A model generated the notes under the pieces. The model had not been told where the DNA came from and did not search any database. It worked only from the letters and a program-made list of their open reading frames with translations. DNA of 64,000 nucleotides from Candidatus Heimdallarchaeota archaeon (GTDB taxonomy: Archaea; Asgardarchaeota; Heimdallarchaeia; JABLTI01), in contig DXJV01000059.1 of the NCBI GenBank assembly GCA_019056785.1, positions 32,001-96,000 on the forward strand. The letters run 5' to 3'. Below, piece after piece: positions 40,248 to 49,508 of the stretch (position 1 is its first letter; each line of letters opens with the position of its first letter). The translations under genes were made by a program, and so were the position numbers.

Positions 40248-41173
40248 TGCATTCTCTTATCAGGGATAGTTAGATAATAAAACATAAGTGCTACTGCAAG
40301 AAGATCAGCACACCCTCCAGGACTAATGTTTTGCTCGATAAAGTCTTTGTCCAGCTCACGGACCTTGTCTAGCCATTCATCACTATAGGCATTTTCACTT
40401 AACACAAGCTTGTTGGCTTGATTTCGAACATAGGTCAATGTTTCCGCTCCATGTCTAGCTAGAATATTTGTATCATCCACGCGCGTCATTAAAAACAAAA
40501 GTGCCATGATGAGCCCGCGTTCAAAAGGAATTCCGCTTGCATTTGCCTTAACAATAACTTGATAGGCTGCTTCTGCATTTGGAAAGCCCTTTTCAGCCTC
40601 GCCCCTGATACCGGTCACTCCCGAATCGAGAAAGAGCCATTCACCCGCGGTGATTTTCTGTTCGTTCTTATCGAGCTGCATGAGTTCTCGTTCAACGATC
40701 CCTTCTGTAATCTTTTGAATGGTTTGAATGATGCGCAGTAATTTTAAGTCACCAGTTTCGCGAGCGGTAAGATAGCCAGCGGCTGCAGCAATAAGCATAC
40801 CACTGAATATCAATCCTTTTTGAGTGTTTACATTATCGGTAGCAAGAAACATCTCTTCTTCTGCTGATAGACCAATTGCTCGAATTTTCGGCAATAAAGC
40901 ATTGAGGTCACCCCGATGGTCCATAGCCACCTGTGCTGCAACAGACATAAAGTGTGCGATTGCTGCCGTACTCTGCATAAAGGTGCTAATATCCATATCT
41001 TTATGTGCACCAGCATTTGCTCTATCAACCAAACCAGGTTTGGGGGTACAAATTATCTCCATTAAAATAGCTTTTAAAATGTTAGAACCTATTTTAAAAG
41101 CTGTTGGGGAGATAATCATCCCTTTCATATATTTATTTTGAGCAGTATTATCATACGCAATTCTATTGGACAT
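40244..41173 (-). CDS. citG: Triphosphoribosyl-dephospho-CoA synthase
   Basis: TPKPGLVDR...GAHKDMD; NTQKG; GIRGEA; DDTNI..R.G; SPGG.ADLLA. Confidence 0.93.
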   Translation of the reverse strand: MSNRIAYDNTAQNKYMKGMIISPTAFKIGSNILKAILMEIICTPKPGLVDRANAGAHKDMDISTFMQSTAAIAHFMSVAAQVAMDHRGDLNALLPKIRAIGLSAEEEMFLATDNVNTQKGLIFSGMLIAAAAGYLTARETGDLKLLRIIQTIQKITEGIVERELMQLDKNEQKITAGEWLFLDSGVTGIRGEAEKGFPNAEAAYQVIVKANASGIPFERGLIMALLFLMTRVDDTNILARHGAETLTYVRNQANKLVLSENAYSDEWLDKVRELDKDFIEQNISPGGCADLLAVALMFYYLTIPDKRMH

Positions 41174-41347
41174 TGTTCTCTCACGTAAAAGGCTTTTATT
41201 GTTGATTCTTTATAGTCCTTTGCTTCTATTAAAAATATTATTAATGTGTAATTTTGGAAAAATCTCTCCATTTGAAAATTGGTTTTGGTCAAAAAGTATT
41301 TTGAATGGGAATGAGAAAGTAATTTAGTTAACGTTTAAGGTGAAAAT

Positions 41348-43915
41348 TTGTTGAGGGTATGGCGCTTTTTAGGAATTTTCTTTATCTTAGGAATTCTTTT
41401 ACCAATAGCTCCTCAAATACAGTTAACCGGCGATTATTTCCCAACAAGAACCACTCAAGTTACAGGGTTACTGCCATCACCCTTAGAACAAGAATTTTCT
41501 CTCAAAACGAAGGCCTTTGGATTAATCGAAAAAGCTCAATTTGACGATGATGGGGGAAGAGCTGAAGGTGTGGCATTAGCAAATGGATTAACCTTTGTAG
41601 CAAATTACGACCAAGGCTTAGAAATCATAAATTCAACTGATCCTTCTAATCCTGTAAAGCTATCGTCGAAAAGAACGCAAGGAAATGCCTTGGATGTTTA
41701 TGTTAAAGGAAATTTTGCTTATGTTTCACAAGGAAGTTCTGGTGTGGCAATAATCGACATTCAGGATCCACAAAATCCGCGCACAATCTTCAATCTTGAC
41801 CCAGGTGGGATGGTTCGGGAAGTAGATATGTATTCTAATCTCTTATACATTATCACTGATTTCAATGGCTTTTTCTTGTATGATGTCAGCAATCCATATG
41901 ATCCAAAAAGCATCTCGAGTTGGACTGATGGTATGCTCCATCGGGGTATTAGCGTATTAAAAAAGCATATTTGTTTATCTACCTGGGGCCTTGGGCTTAA
42001 AATCCTCGATTTGACATTCCCTGAAAAACCAGACCTAATTGGTGTATGGAATGATAGTATAAATTATGCGCGGGGAGTATATGCTACCACTATTAATGAA
42101 CAAAAATTCGCTTTTCTTGCCAGCTCGACGAAAGGAGTGCAAATAATTAATATCACAATGCCTCAAGCCCCGGTTTTAGTAGCAACAATTTTCAATGGTT
42201 GGGGCGAGATGCTAGATATAACAGTGAAAGATGGCATTGCTTATTGTGCAAATGCTGATTTTGGCCTTTTATTAGCAAATGTTTCTGACCCATCGAACCC
42301 CGTCATTCTTGATAGCTATGACACAAATGGGAAAACACGCGATGTTGCTGTAGAAAATGGACTTACAGTTATCGCAGAGCGCTATCAAGGGATAAAATAT
42401 TTTGATACCACTAATCCGGCAGACATCCATTTTCTTTGGCAATTTTTTGACCATGGACAAGCAAGTAATCTCATTTTGGATGGCACTACTCTTTATGTTG
42501 CAGATAGTCGAGGGGGACTTGAGATTTTTGATGTTTCAGAACTAGCCTTTCCTAAAAAGATCGGCTTTTTCCGGGAAGAGGGTGTTTATGTGCAGAATTT
42601 CATTTTAAAGGATGACTTAGCTATTGTCACTGCATTTGATAATGGCCTTTATTTTATTAATATCAGCGACAAAACGCATCCAACAAAAATAGCTTCCTAT
42701 AACAGTGGCCTTTTTCTCCGGACAGTTGCCGAAAAGGGTGACCTCCTTTTCATAGCTGGACTAAATAACACGATAGAAGTATTGAATATCTCAAATCTAA
42801 GCGCGATTAGCAAAGTAAGTGACTATCTTTTTCCAGTCACTTATCCTGACATTTATAGTTTGACTGTCTTGGGTTCGACACTTTTAGTGGGTTCTTCTTA
42901 TGAGAGTCTAACTTTATTGAACATCTCTGATATTACCCACATTACTCAGATAGATTTCCTTGATTTTGATAATCCTGTTTTTAGCATAAAAATTGTCGAG
43001 AATTATATCTTCGCTGCAGCTGGGAATGCCGGCTTACAAATTGTTAATAACAGTAATAATAACTTACAGGTAATTGGCTCTCAAGAAACTTCAGGGTATG
43101 CGTTAGACGTTGCGTTAAATGACAGCCTTGCATTCATTGCTGATCGCACCGGTGGGATAACTGTAATAGATATTTCTAATCTTTCTCATCTACAAAATAT
43201 TGGCGGAAACACTGCTCATAATTGTTATAGTATTGTTCTCGGTAAGCAAACAGTTTTTTCTGGTGCATGGACAGAGGGATTAATAATCTATAGCTTTGAT
43301 TCAGATGGGGATTCAATTTCTGACGAAGATGAAAGTCTTTATGGGACCAACCCCTATGATCCAGACACTGATGGCGACCAAATGCCCGATAATTTTGAGA
43401 TCAATTACCATCTTAATCCACTTAATGCAACTGATGCCTTTGAAGATCCAGACGAGGATGGATTGACCAATGTTGAAGAATATGCTCAGGAATTTTTCTA
43501 TGGAGAGCCAACAGATCCGTTTAATCCTGATACAGATGGTGATTTCATGCCAGACGGTTATGAGGTTGCAAACAATCTAAATCCTTTGTTAGCAAATGGT
43601 GACGCCGATACTGATTTAGATCACTTAACAAATCTGGAAGAATATTTAATTGGAACCAACCCCAGAAAAAAAGACACAGATGGGGATGGAGCTGAAGATG
43701 GCCTTGAGGTTGCTTTTCATACGGATCCTCTTAACCCTAAGGATTACCCAGCAAAAAGACAATTAATACGTGTTCTATTAGCTCTCGGTCTAACACTCCT
43801 TCTAGCAATTACTGCAATAATTTTTGTTATTAAATATTTCAGAAACAGAGTTCAACGTAATATCGAACGTGAAGAAAAAGTCCTTGAAGCCGAAGAGGAG
43901 ATTCTACTATTCTGA
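41348..43915 (+). CDS. Membrane-anchored LVIVD-repeat (beta-propeller) protein with TSP3-like Ca-binding repeats
   Basis: Signal peptide; more than 12 A...GL.I.D.S.P..P repeats; multiple DTDGD..PD..E....NP; C-terminal TM. Confidence 0.85.
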   Translation: MLRVWRFLGIFFILGILLPIAPQIQLTGDYFPTRTTQVTGLLPSPLEQEFSLKTKAFGLIEKAQFDDDGGRAEGVALANGLTFVANYDQGLEIINSTDPSNPVKLSSKRTQGNALDVYVKGNFAYVSQGSSGVAIIDIQDPQNPRTIFNLDPGGMVREVDMYSNLLYIITDFNGFFLYDVSNPYDPKSISSWTDGMLHRGISVLKKHICLSTWGLGLKILDLTFPEKPDLIGVWNDSINYARGVYATTINEQKFAFLASSTKGVQIINITMPQAPVLVATIFNGWGEMLDITVKDGIAYCANADFGLLLANVSDPSNPVILDSYDTNGKTRDVAVENGLTVIAERYQGIKYFDTTNPADIHFLWQFFDHGQASNLILDGTTLYVADSRGGLEIFDVSELAFPKKIGFFREEGVYVQNFILKDDLAIVTAFDNGLYFINISDKTHPTKIASYNSGLFLRTVAEKGDLLFIAGLNNTIEVLNISNLSAISKVSDYLFPVTYPDIYSLTVLGSTLLVGSSYESLTLLNISDITHITQIDFLDFDNPVFSIKIVENYIFAAAGNAGLQIVNNSNNNLQVIGSQETSGYALDVALNDSLAFIADRTGGITVIDISNLSHLQNIGGNTAHNCYSIVLGKQTVFSGAWTEGLIIYSFDSDGDSISDEDESLYGTNPYDPDTDGDQMPDNFEINYHLNPLNATDAFEDPDEDGLTNVEEYAQEFFYGEPTDPFNPDTDGDFMPDGYEVANNLNPLLANGDADTDLDHLTNLEEYLIGTNPRKKDTDGDGAEDGLEVAFHTDPLNPKDYPAKRQLIRVLLALGLTLLLAITAIIFVIKYFRNRVQRNIEREEKVLEAEEEILLF

Positions 43916-44035
43916 AAGTAGCCTTCAAAATTAGTCCAAAAGTTTCTTCCTCCCTAAAAAGTTGGTTGCCCATAATGAAATGTTTTTATCAAAGAAGCGT
44001 TTAATAATTTGTTAGAATATTTTAGGTTGGTACAA

Positions 44036-46459
44036 ATGTCAGAAGAAGATTACTATATCGATATTTTGAATGAGGATAATGACAAACCGGCTAAAAAAGA
44101 CGACTATAGCTGGGGGTCAGAAAGTTATCCTCCGGAAGAAAAACCACCTGATTTTTACCAAGAGGATTTTGAGGAAGAACCTTATCAGCAAGAATTCTAT
44201 GGCGAAGGAGTCTATCAAGACTACCAAACTCAACCTCCACCACCACAACGCCCTGCTTATGAGGAGCACAGTAAAAAGTGGTTCTGGTTGGGAGTGCTTA
44301 CTGCTGCGGGATTGTCAGCAATTATAATGGTAGTATTTAATTTCATAGGCACCTCTCATCGCCCTGGTTTGGCATACCTTGAGACTGTTCTCTTGCTGAT
44401 TTGCACGACCATTCCTGGCCTTTTTGTTAGAAAAGTTGGCAAAGGCATTTTAGGCGGAATGATGATCTTTGGCCTACAATTCTTCACGCCCATTATCTTT
44501 TTCTATGCTTTGGGCAAAAACCCCACAAGCTTTTTCAGCCCCTATTTTCTCTTTCTAAATGCTGTTGGTTTGATTCTCAATGCCTACAGTGATCTGAAGA
44601 GTTTCTCATTCTTCCCAATCGACCCCACAATTTTCGATCAATTCGATCAATATACCAGCTATGCGGCCTTTGTATGGGTATTTGATCTTCTCATAATGTT
44701 CGGGGTAATGATTACTCTGGTAATTGCAAGCTCGTGGTTGACATCAAACTTGTTTACAAGTAAGGTGAAAAATGTTTGGACTTGGTGTCTTTTACCCGTC
44801 CAAGCAATAGTGATCATTTTAAATCTCGTTGTCGTTCCCTGGGTGTTATTAAGCCTTTCAAGCACCGTGCAAACAGGGGGCGCCCTCGCAGCCGGCGCAG
44901 GCAATATCGCAGAAGGAGCAATGCCTTTAATCAGTGGCAATTTTACTGATATGAGTGATGCCGATTTCAATGTATTGCTAGAGCGATTGGATCGTGCAGA
45001 TATGTGGTTCCAAATTGCTCGTGGAAATTATAGAGGATTATCCGGCTTGCGTTTCTTTAATCTACTTCGAGCTGTGAGCGGAAGTTATGGGTTTATAGTG
45101 GATATGTTTAATTCGACTATAGCTGCGGGATTCGAGTTACTCGCTGCAATTAGTCCACTCGCCCATGGGATGTTTGATAATTCAACGACTACCCCCGGCG
45201 CTGAAGTAGACGGTTTCTTCTACCAATACAAAGAATTTATGGACATTTACAAAGACTTTCCGACATCATTTGATTTCAATGGAAACGGCACGAAACCAAG
45301 CGAAAGCGATTTAGCGCAGATGGAAGTGGAAGTTGGCGATATTATTAAAGATGTCGAACTTCTTTTAGAGCTTCATTTCCGTGATGTAATTGACCATGTT
45401 CTACGTGCTGAAGAAATATTGCTCAGTATTGATCCCGATGATCTTCGTGATGTTTCTGGCATTGAGCAAGTTAATCAAGTACTGAACGAGGTGGCTGACC
45501 AGCTTGATATGGTGATGAATATCACCAACGAATACAGTGCATTAATCCCAATTGCTGTCGATCTGCTATTTGAAACTCCAAGTCTCCTACGAGCATTATT
45601 TAGTATGTTTGTTGGAAACGTCCGGTTATTAATGGGTTGGCAATTCGATCAATCACAAGTCTATTTCCAAAATGCAACTTTAGAACTGGCAGATGTTAAA
45701 GCCATTTTCTCAGACGAAAAAAGAGCTGAAATTGTTGCAAGCGAATCAGAAACCGCTTTAGGTTTCTTTGACTTTTTTGCTGATGTTTTAAACCTGGCTA
45801 CACCAATTATTGCCTACGAAGGGGCTCTTGCAGGAATACTTGGTAATATCGTGGCTGCTGTGGATGAATATGAGACAGACGGCGTCTATCCCCCAGCAAA
45901 TTGTACCATGGGATTGGTCAATTTCACCGCGGTATTTGACCACATGAATCAAGCGATAGCTTTTGCAGACATTGGCGTTGTTAATGCTACTGATGCAACA
46001 AACATGATGACTCTCATTGAAACGCGCGGAAATAATTCAGAGTATTCGTTTATGAGTGCTCCGGCTTATCAACTCGTTAGTACAATTAATGGTGTGTTTC
46101 AACCTGAACCATTTGCACGGGTTATTAGCAATGTCAGCCGAGCAATTAACGCAACATTTGGAACTACATATGCCATTAACTACAATGATGAACCCCTCTT
46201 CATGGCGGAATTAGATACTGCTTCCAGCAACATCAATGCTTCTATAGATGTTATTGACTCATACTCAAATGGTACGCCAATTTATGCCTTACGCGACTTT
46301 CTTGTGACGTTCAGAGATTCAATTAATAATATCAAAGAAGCCGTCCAACCATTTTTAGGAAGCGGGACAATCAATTTGGCTGTTCCAGATGTTGAAGACA
46401 TAATGGAAGAACTCATCACTCAAATTCACAACATTGTAGATCAGGGTTTACCACCATAA
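44036..46459 (+). CDS. Polytopic membrane protein with acidic Tyr/Pro-rich N-tail and large helical C-terminal domain
   Basis: ATG 44036 (track 44009); about 5-6 TMs; long helical, NxS/T-rich C-terminal region. Confidence 0.7.
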   Translation: MSEEDYYIDILNEDNDKPAKKDDYSWGSESYPPEEKPPDFYQEDFEEEPYQQEFYGEGVYQDYQTQPPPPQRPAYEEHSKKWFWLGVLTAAGLSAIIMVVFNFIGTSHRPGLAYLETVLLLICTTIPGLFVRKVGKGILGGMMIFGLQFFTPIIFFYALGKNPTSFFSPYFLFLNAVGLILNAYSDLKSFSFFPIDPTIFDQFDQYTSYAAFVWVFDLLIMFGVMITLVIASSWLTSNLFTSKVKNVWTWCLLPVQAIVIILNLVVVPWVLLSLSSTVQTGGALAAGAGNIAEGAMPLISGNFTDMSDADFNVLLERLDRADMWFQIARGNYRGLSGLRFFNLLRAVSGSYGFIVDMFNSTIAAGFELLAAISPLAHGMFDNSTTTPGAEVDGFFYQYKEFMDIYKDFPTSFDFNGNGTKPSESDLAQMEVEVGDIIKDVELLLELHFRDVIDHVLRAEEILLSIDPDDLRDVSGIEQVNQVLNEVADQLDMVMNITNEYSALIPIAVDLLFETPSLLRALFSMFVGNVRLLMGWQFDQSQVYFQNATLELADVKAIFSDEKRAEIVASESETALGFFDFFADVLNLATPIIAYEGALAGILGNIVAAVDEYETDGVYPPANCTMGLVNFTAVFDHMNQAIAFADIGVVNATDATNMMTLIETRGNNSEYSFMSAPAYQLVSTINGVFQPEPFARVISNVSRAINATFGTTYAINYNDEPLFMAELDTASSNINASIDVIDSYSNGTPIYALRDFLVTFRDSINNIKEAVQPFLGSGTINLAVPDVEDIMEELITQIHNIVDQGLPP

Positions 46460-46514
46460 TAAACGTTCAAAAAGAAAGCAGTTCTTGCTCTTCTTTTTTT
46501 CTTTCTCTCTTTTT

Positions 46515-46811
46515 TTAAAATGAAATTCTAAAATAGGAATAATTCTCGAGTTGGTTTGACCACTGAACAAGCACTTTTTCAACTCGTGATGCCGGCGACC
46601 CCTCGTTTCTGAGCCATTTAATCAAGCGGTAAATTTGTTCTTCTGGTCCTTCTACTTTAATTTCAACATCACCATTAGTAAGATTCCGAACAAAGCCAGA
46701 AAGTCCCAACGAAATCGCCTTTCTTTTGGTATAGGCTCGAAAGGAGACGCCTTGTACTAAGCCCTTGACGAGAATATCTGCATGGACAATTTTTTCGGAC
46801 ATTATTCTCAT
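46515..46811 (-). CDS. acyP: Acylphosphatase
   Basis: GLVQGVSFR; GFVRN..NG.VE; GSP.SRV. Confidence 0.95.
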   Translation of the reverse strand: MRIMSEKIVHADILVKGLVQGVSFRAYTKRKAISLGLSGFVRNLTNGDVEIKVEGPEEQIYRLIKWLRNEGSPASRVEKVLVQWSNQLENYSYFRISF

Positions 46812-46844
46812 TTTTTAGTAAACTCTTAAGACCTTTTTAAAATT

Positions 46845-48191
46845 GTGGCTTTTTGTTCATTGGTAAAACTTTTTGTAAGAAAAGATACCTTTTATTTGTT
46901 GGAAGTTATTGTTTTTCATTGGAGGAAGAAATTACTGCCAGCAAAAAGAGGAATTTGTATTGTAAAATTTGATGACAGGTTGGGCCCTGGCTGCCTTTAC
47001 CAGATTGGTATAGACCGCCAATTCGCGCAGAAGGTTAGTGTAAAATCTCACATCAGTACTATGGCTCTTACTTCCTCACAAAACACTCAGGATGAGTTTA
47101 TCGAATCGGTAATCCCCTTCTTGGATGAAGGATATATTGCGTATTCTAATTACTTTTTCATAAAAGATAGCTCGAGCCGTGGTGGCCGGAAAACTATTGG
47201 GATAGTCGCTCTTGTTGACAAGTCTGAGCAAATGTTGCTATACAAATCAATACCAGAATTATCCACGGCCATAAAACAAATCGCTCAAGAACTAATCAAA
47301 TCCAATATAACATCTGATAGAGATATTACTTCTGAAATTAAAGAACAGATGCAGAAGCTGCTCAAGTTAGAATCCTTGCAACTCGATTTCGATTCAAAGA
47401 ATGATTCCATTCAAATGATAAAAGAACGGGTGCTAAAAGAAGAGAAAAAGCATATCCTGGAGGCTGACCTTGAGGATAAAATCATCTCAGAAGGAAGTTT
47501 TGACTTTCTCTTTTTAAAGGTCCCAGAGGGGTTAGAAAAGGTTGTTTTTGCCTTATTGAAAAATGAACGTGTGTTGGTTTTTGGTAGAAAACAAGAGATC
47601 TCTTTAACGTTAGCAACTCTTCGGTGGTTTCTTCCACATAAGAAACTGTATAATGATGTTTGGACCGTTCCGCTGGTTGATGCCGAAGCCTTATTCTCTA
47701 GGCATGAAGATTCCGTAACATTGCATGTTTTGGGCATCGAAAGCTCACTATACAAAGACATCTTTCAGCAGACAAGTGATACTCCTATAAAACAACCGCA
47801 CAGTTCAATGGAAACTTTTCAAACAGAACAGCCGGCTTCTTTGCCTTTTCAAAGTATGGTAATAATTAATCTAGACACCAGTGAAGTAACTGGCGGCTTA
47901 TCAAATGGCTTTTGCAAACAATTAGTTCAGTCCATCAAAGGGAGAACATTCGATGAAGTTTTAAAGAAAATTTCAGAGCAAATTGAATATCTCCTTGAGC
48001 GTGTGTTTGATTTGATCATTTTAGTTCTCGATGAAGCTGATAAACCAAGTTTTGAACAATTCATAGAAAATGCTATAGAAGGAGAAATCACTCTCCTTAC
48101 AGCAATTATTTCGGATACCAATCCGCATGTTTTCCAAAAGCTATTAGAGAGTTTTAAAAAGCACAAACTTCCATTAGAAATTTTAACTTAA
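46845..48191 (+). CDS. DENN-domain-like protein (uDENN longin plus cDENN plus helical dDENN)
   Basis: CIVKFDDRLGP; YFFIKD...RGG....IV; ALLKNERVLVFG; VLGI; IINLDT; true start may follow GGAGG at 46921. Confidence 0.72.
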   Translation: MAFCSLVKLFVRKDTFYLLEVIVFHWRKKLLPAKRGICIVKFDDRLGPGCLYQIGIDRQFAQKVSVKSHISTMALTSSQNTQDEFIESVIPFLDEGYIAYSNYFFIKDSSSRGGRKTIGIVALVDKSEQMLLYKSIPELSTAIKQIAQELIKSNITSDRDITSEIKEQMQKLLKLESLQLDFDSKNDSIQMIKERVLKEEKKHILEADLEDKIISEGSFDFLFLKVPEGLEKVVFALLKNERVLVFGRKQEISLTLATLRWFLPHKKLYNDVWTVPLVDAEALFSRHEDSVTLHVLGIESSLYKDIFQQTSDTPIKQPHSSMETFQTEQPASLPFQSMVIINLDTSEVTGGLSNGFCKQLVQSIKGRTFDEVLKKISEQIEYLLERVFDLIILVLDEADKPSFEQFIENAIEGEITLLTAIISDTNPHVFQKLLESFKKHKLPLEILT

Positions 48192-48213
48192 GCTGTTGTC
48201 AGAGCGGTTTCTT

Positions 48214-48582
48214 TTATACGATCAGAACCTGGTCTATTAACTCTAAAATTTCTTTAACTGAAAAAGGCTTAACAAGATAGCCAATTGCTCCCATCGATAA
48301 TGCTTCTTTTCTTGCGCTCTCATCAGCGCTGACAAAAATGACTCTTATCATTGGTTCAATTTCCAGGAGCTCTTTTAAAGCTGCGACGCCATTTTTCACC
48401 GGCATTCGATGGTCCATTATCACTAAATCCGGCCAATTATCCCGGCTGTGTTGCTGGAAATATTCGACTGCTTCCAAACCGTTGAATGCGGTATAAAGTA
48501 TAGAATGTCCTTTCAAGCTGAGGATTTCTTTAAGAATTTCTTGAATAACTACCATATCATCAACGATCATTACTTTAGCCAT
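48214..48582 (-). CDS. Stand-alone CheY-like response regulator
   Basis: IVDD; phosphoacceptor MDHRMP; VSA; YLVKPF. Confidence 0.95.
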   Translation of the reverse strand: MAKVMIVDDMVVIQEILKEILSLKGHSILYTAFNGLEAVEYFQQHSRDNWPDLVIMDHRMPVKNGVAALKELLEIEPMIRVIFVSADESARKEALSMGAIGYLVKPFSVKEILELIDQVLIV

Positions 48583-48751
48583 GATTTATTACCTGTATTT
48601 CCATATTCACTTGATAATAGTCAAATTGTGTTTGTGGAGTTTTTTAAGAGTAAACACATTGGAAGTCCTTAAAAAAAATATTTGTTCTTGCAAGTTGGAA
48701 CACAAAAATTAGTAATTTTGCGTTTCCGTATCTCCAATGCTAAGAGAGAAG

Positions 48752-48789
48752 AAGAGATGGGAAAAGAAAGTTTTGGGGACCCATCTCTT
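48752..48789. other. Intergenic hairpin (terminator or structured RNA)
   Basis: AAGAGATGGG 48752-48761 pairs with CCCATCTCTT 48780-48789, 18-nt loop, pyrimidine tract following on either strand. Confidence 0.5.
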
Positions 48790-48989
48790 TTGTGTTGCAT
48801 ATAGAGTTGAAGTTGTGAGCCTGATAATGAAAATTTAATGCTAGTTTAAACCTAGATGAAAGGGTACCAGATTCACTAAGGGTCTACTCTTTTAATAATA
48901 TTAAAGATTTATAGCAAAAACATTCTTGTTTCTAGTAAATTTTTCCGCATTAAAAGAAAGAAAAAAGAAGAAAAAATAGGGGAAGTGGC

Positions 48990-49508
48990 TCATTTCTTTT
49001 GGGCTAATTTCTTTTTCGTGTACTCCAAAAGACCGCCGGCTTTGAAAATATTAAGCGCTTCTCCTGTCAAAGGTGGGAAATTAAAGGTTTTATCTTTGAT
49101 AGCAATTGTACCATCGATTAAATTAACAGTGATTTTTTCGTCCTTTAAAACATCAGCATGCTCAAAAATATACTGGGCAGCCTCGGGACAAGGAATGAGG
49201 GGAAAGGCATTGTTGATAGCATTCCGGTAAAAAATGCGGGCAAAGGAGACACCAACAATAGCCGCAACACCTGCTGCTTTTAAACAAGTGACAGCTTGCT
49301 CACGAGAGGAGCCTGAACCGAAATTTTGTCCCGTTATTAAAATATCCCCTTTTTGAACTTCCTTTGCAAAGCTTGGAAGATAATCCTCTAAGGCATGTTC
49401 GGCCATCTGCTCAGGAGTGAGGGGGTCATAGGTATACTTCCCCGGGAAAATCTGATCTGTGTTAATATTCTTGTCTGGAAAAATCCACATTCTGCCTGTA
49501 AATTTCAT
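48990..49508 (-). CDS. leuD: LeuD/HacB-family aconitase small subunit
   Basis: NINTDQIFPG; GQNFGSGSSREQA; SFARIFYRNAIN; AGGL. Confidence 0.88.
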   Translation of the reverse strand: MKFTGRMWIFPDKNINTDQIFPGKYTYDPLTPEQMAEHALEDYLPSFAKEVQKGDILITGQNFGSGSSREQAVTCLKAAGVAAIVGVSFARIFYRNAINNAFPLIPCPEAAQYIFEHADVLKDEKITVNLIDGTIAIKDKTFNFPPLTGEALNIFKAGGLLEYTKKKLAQKK

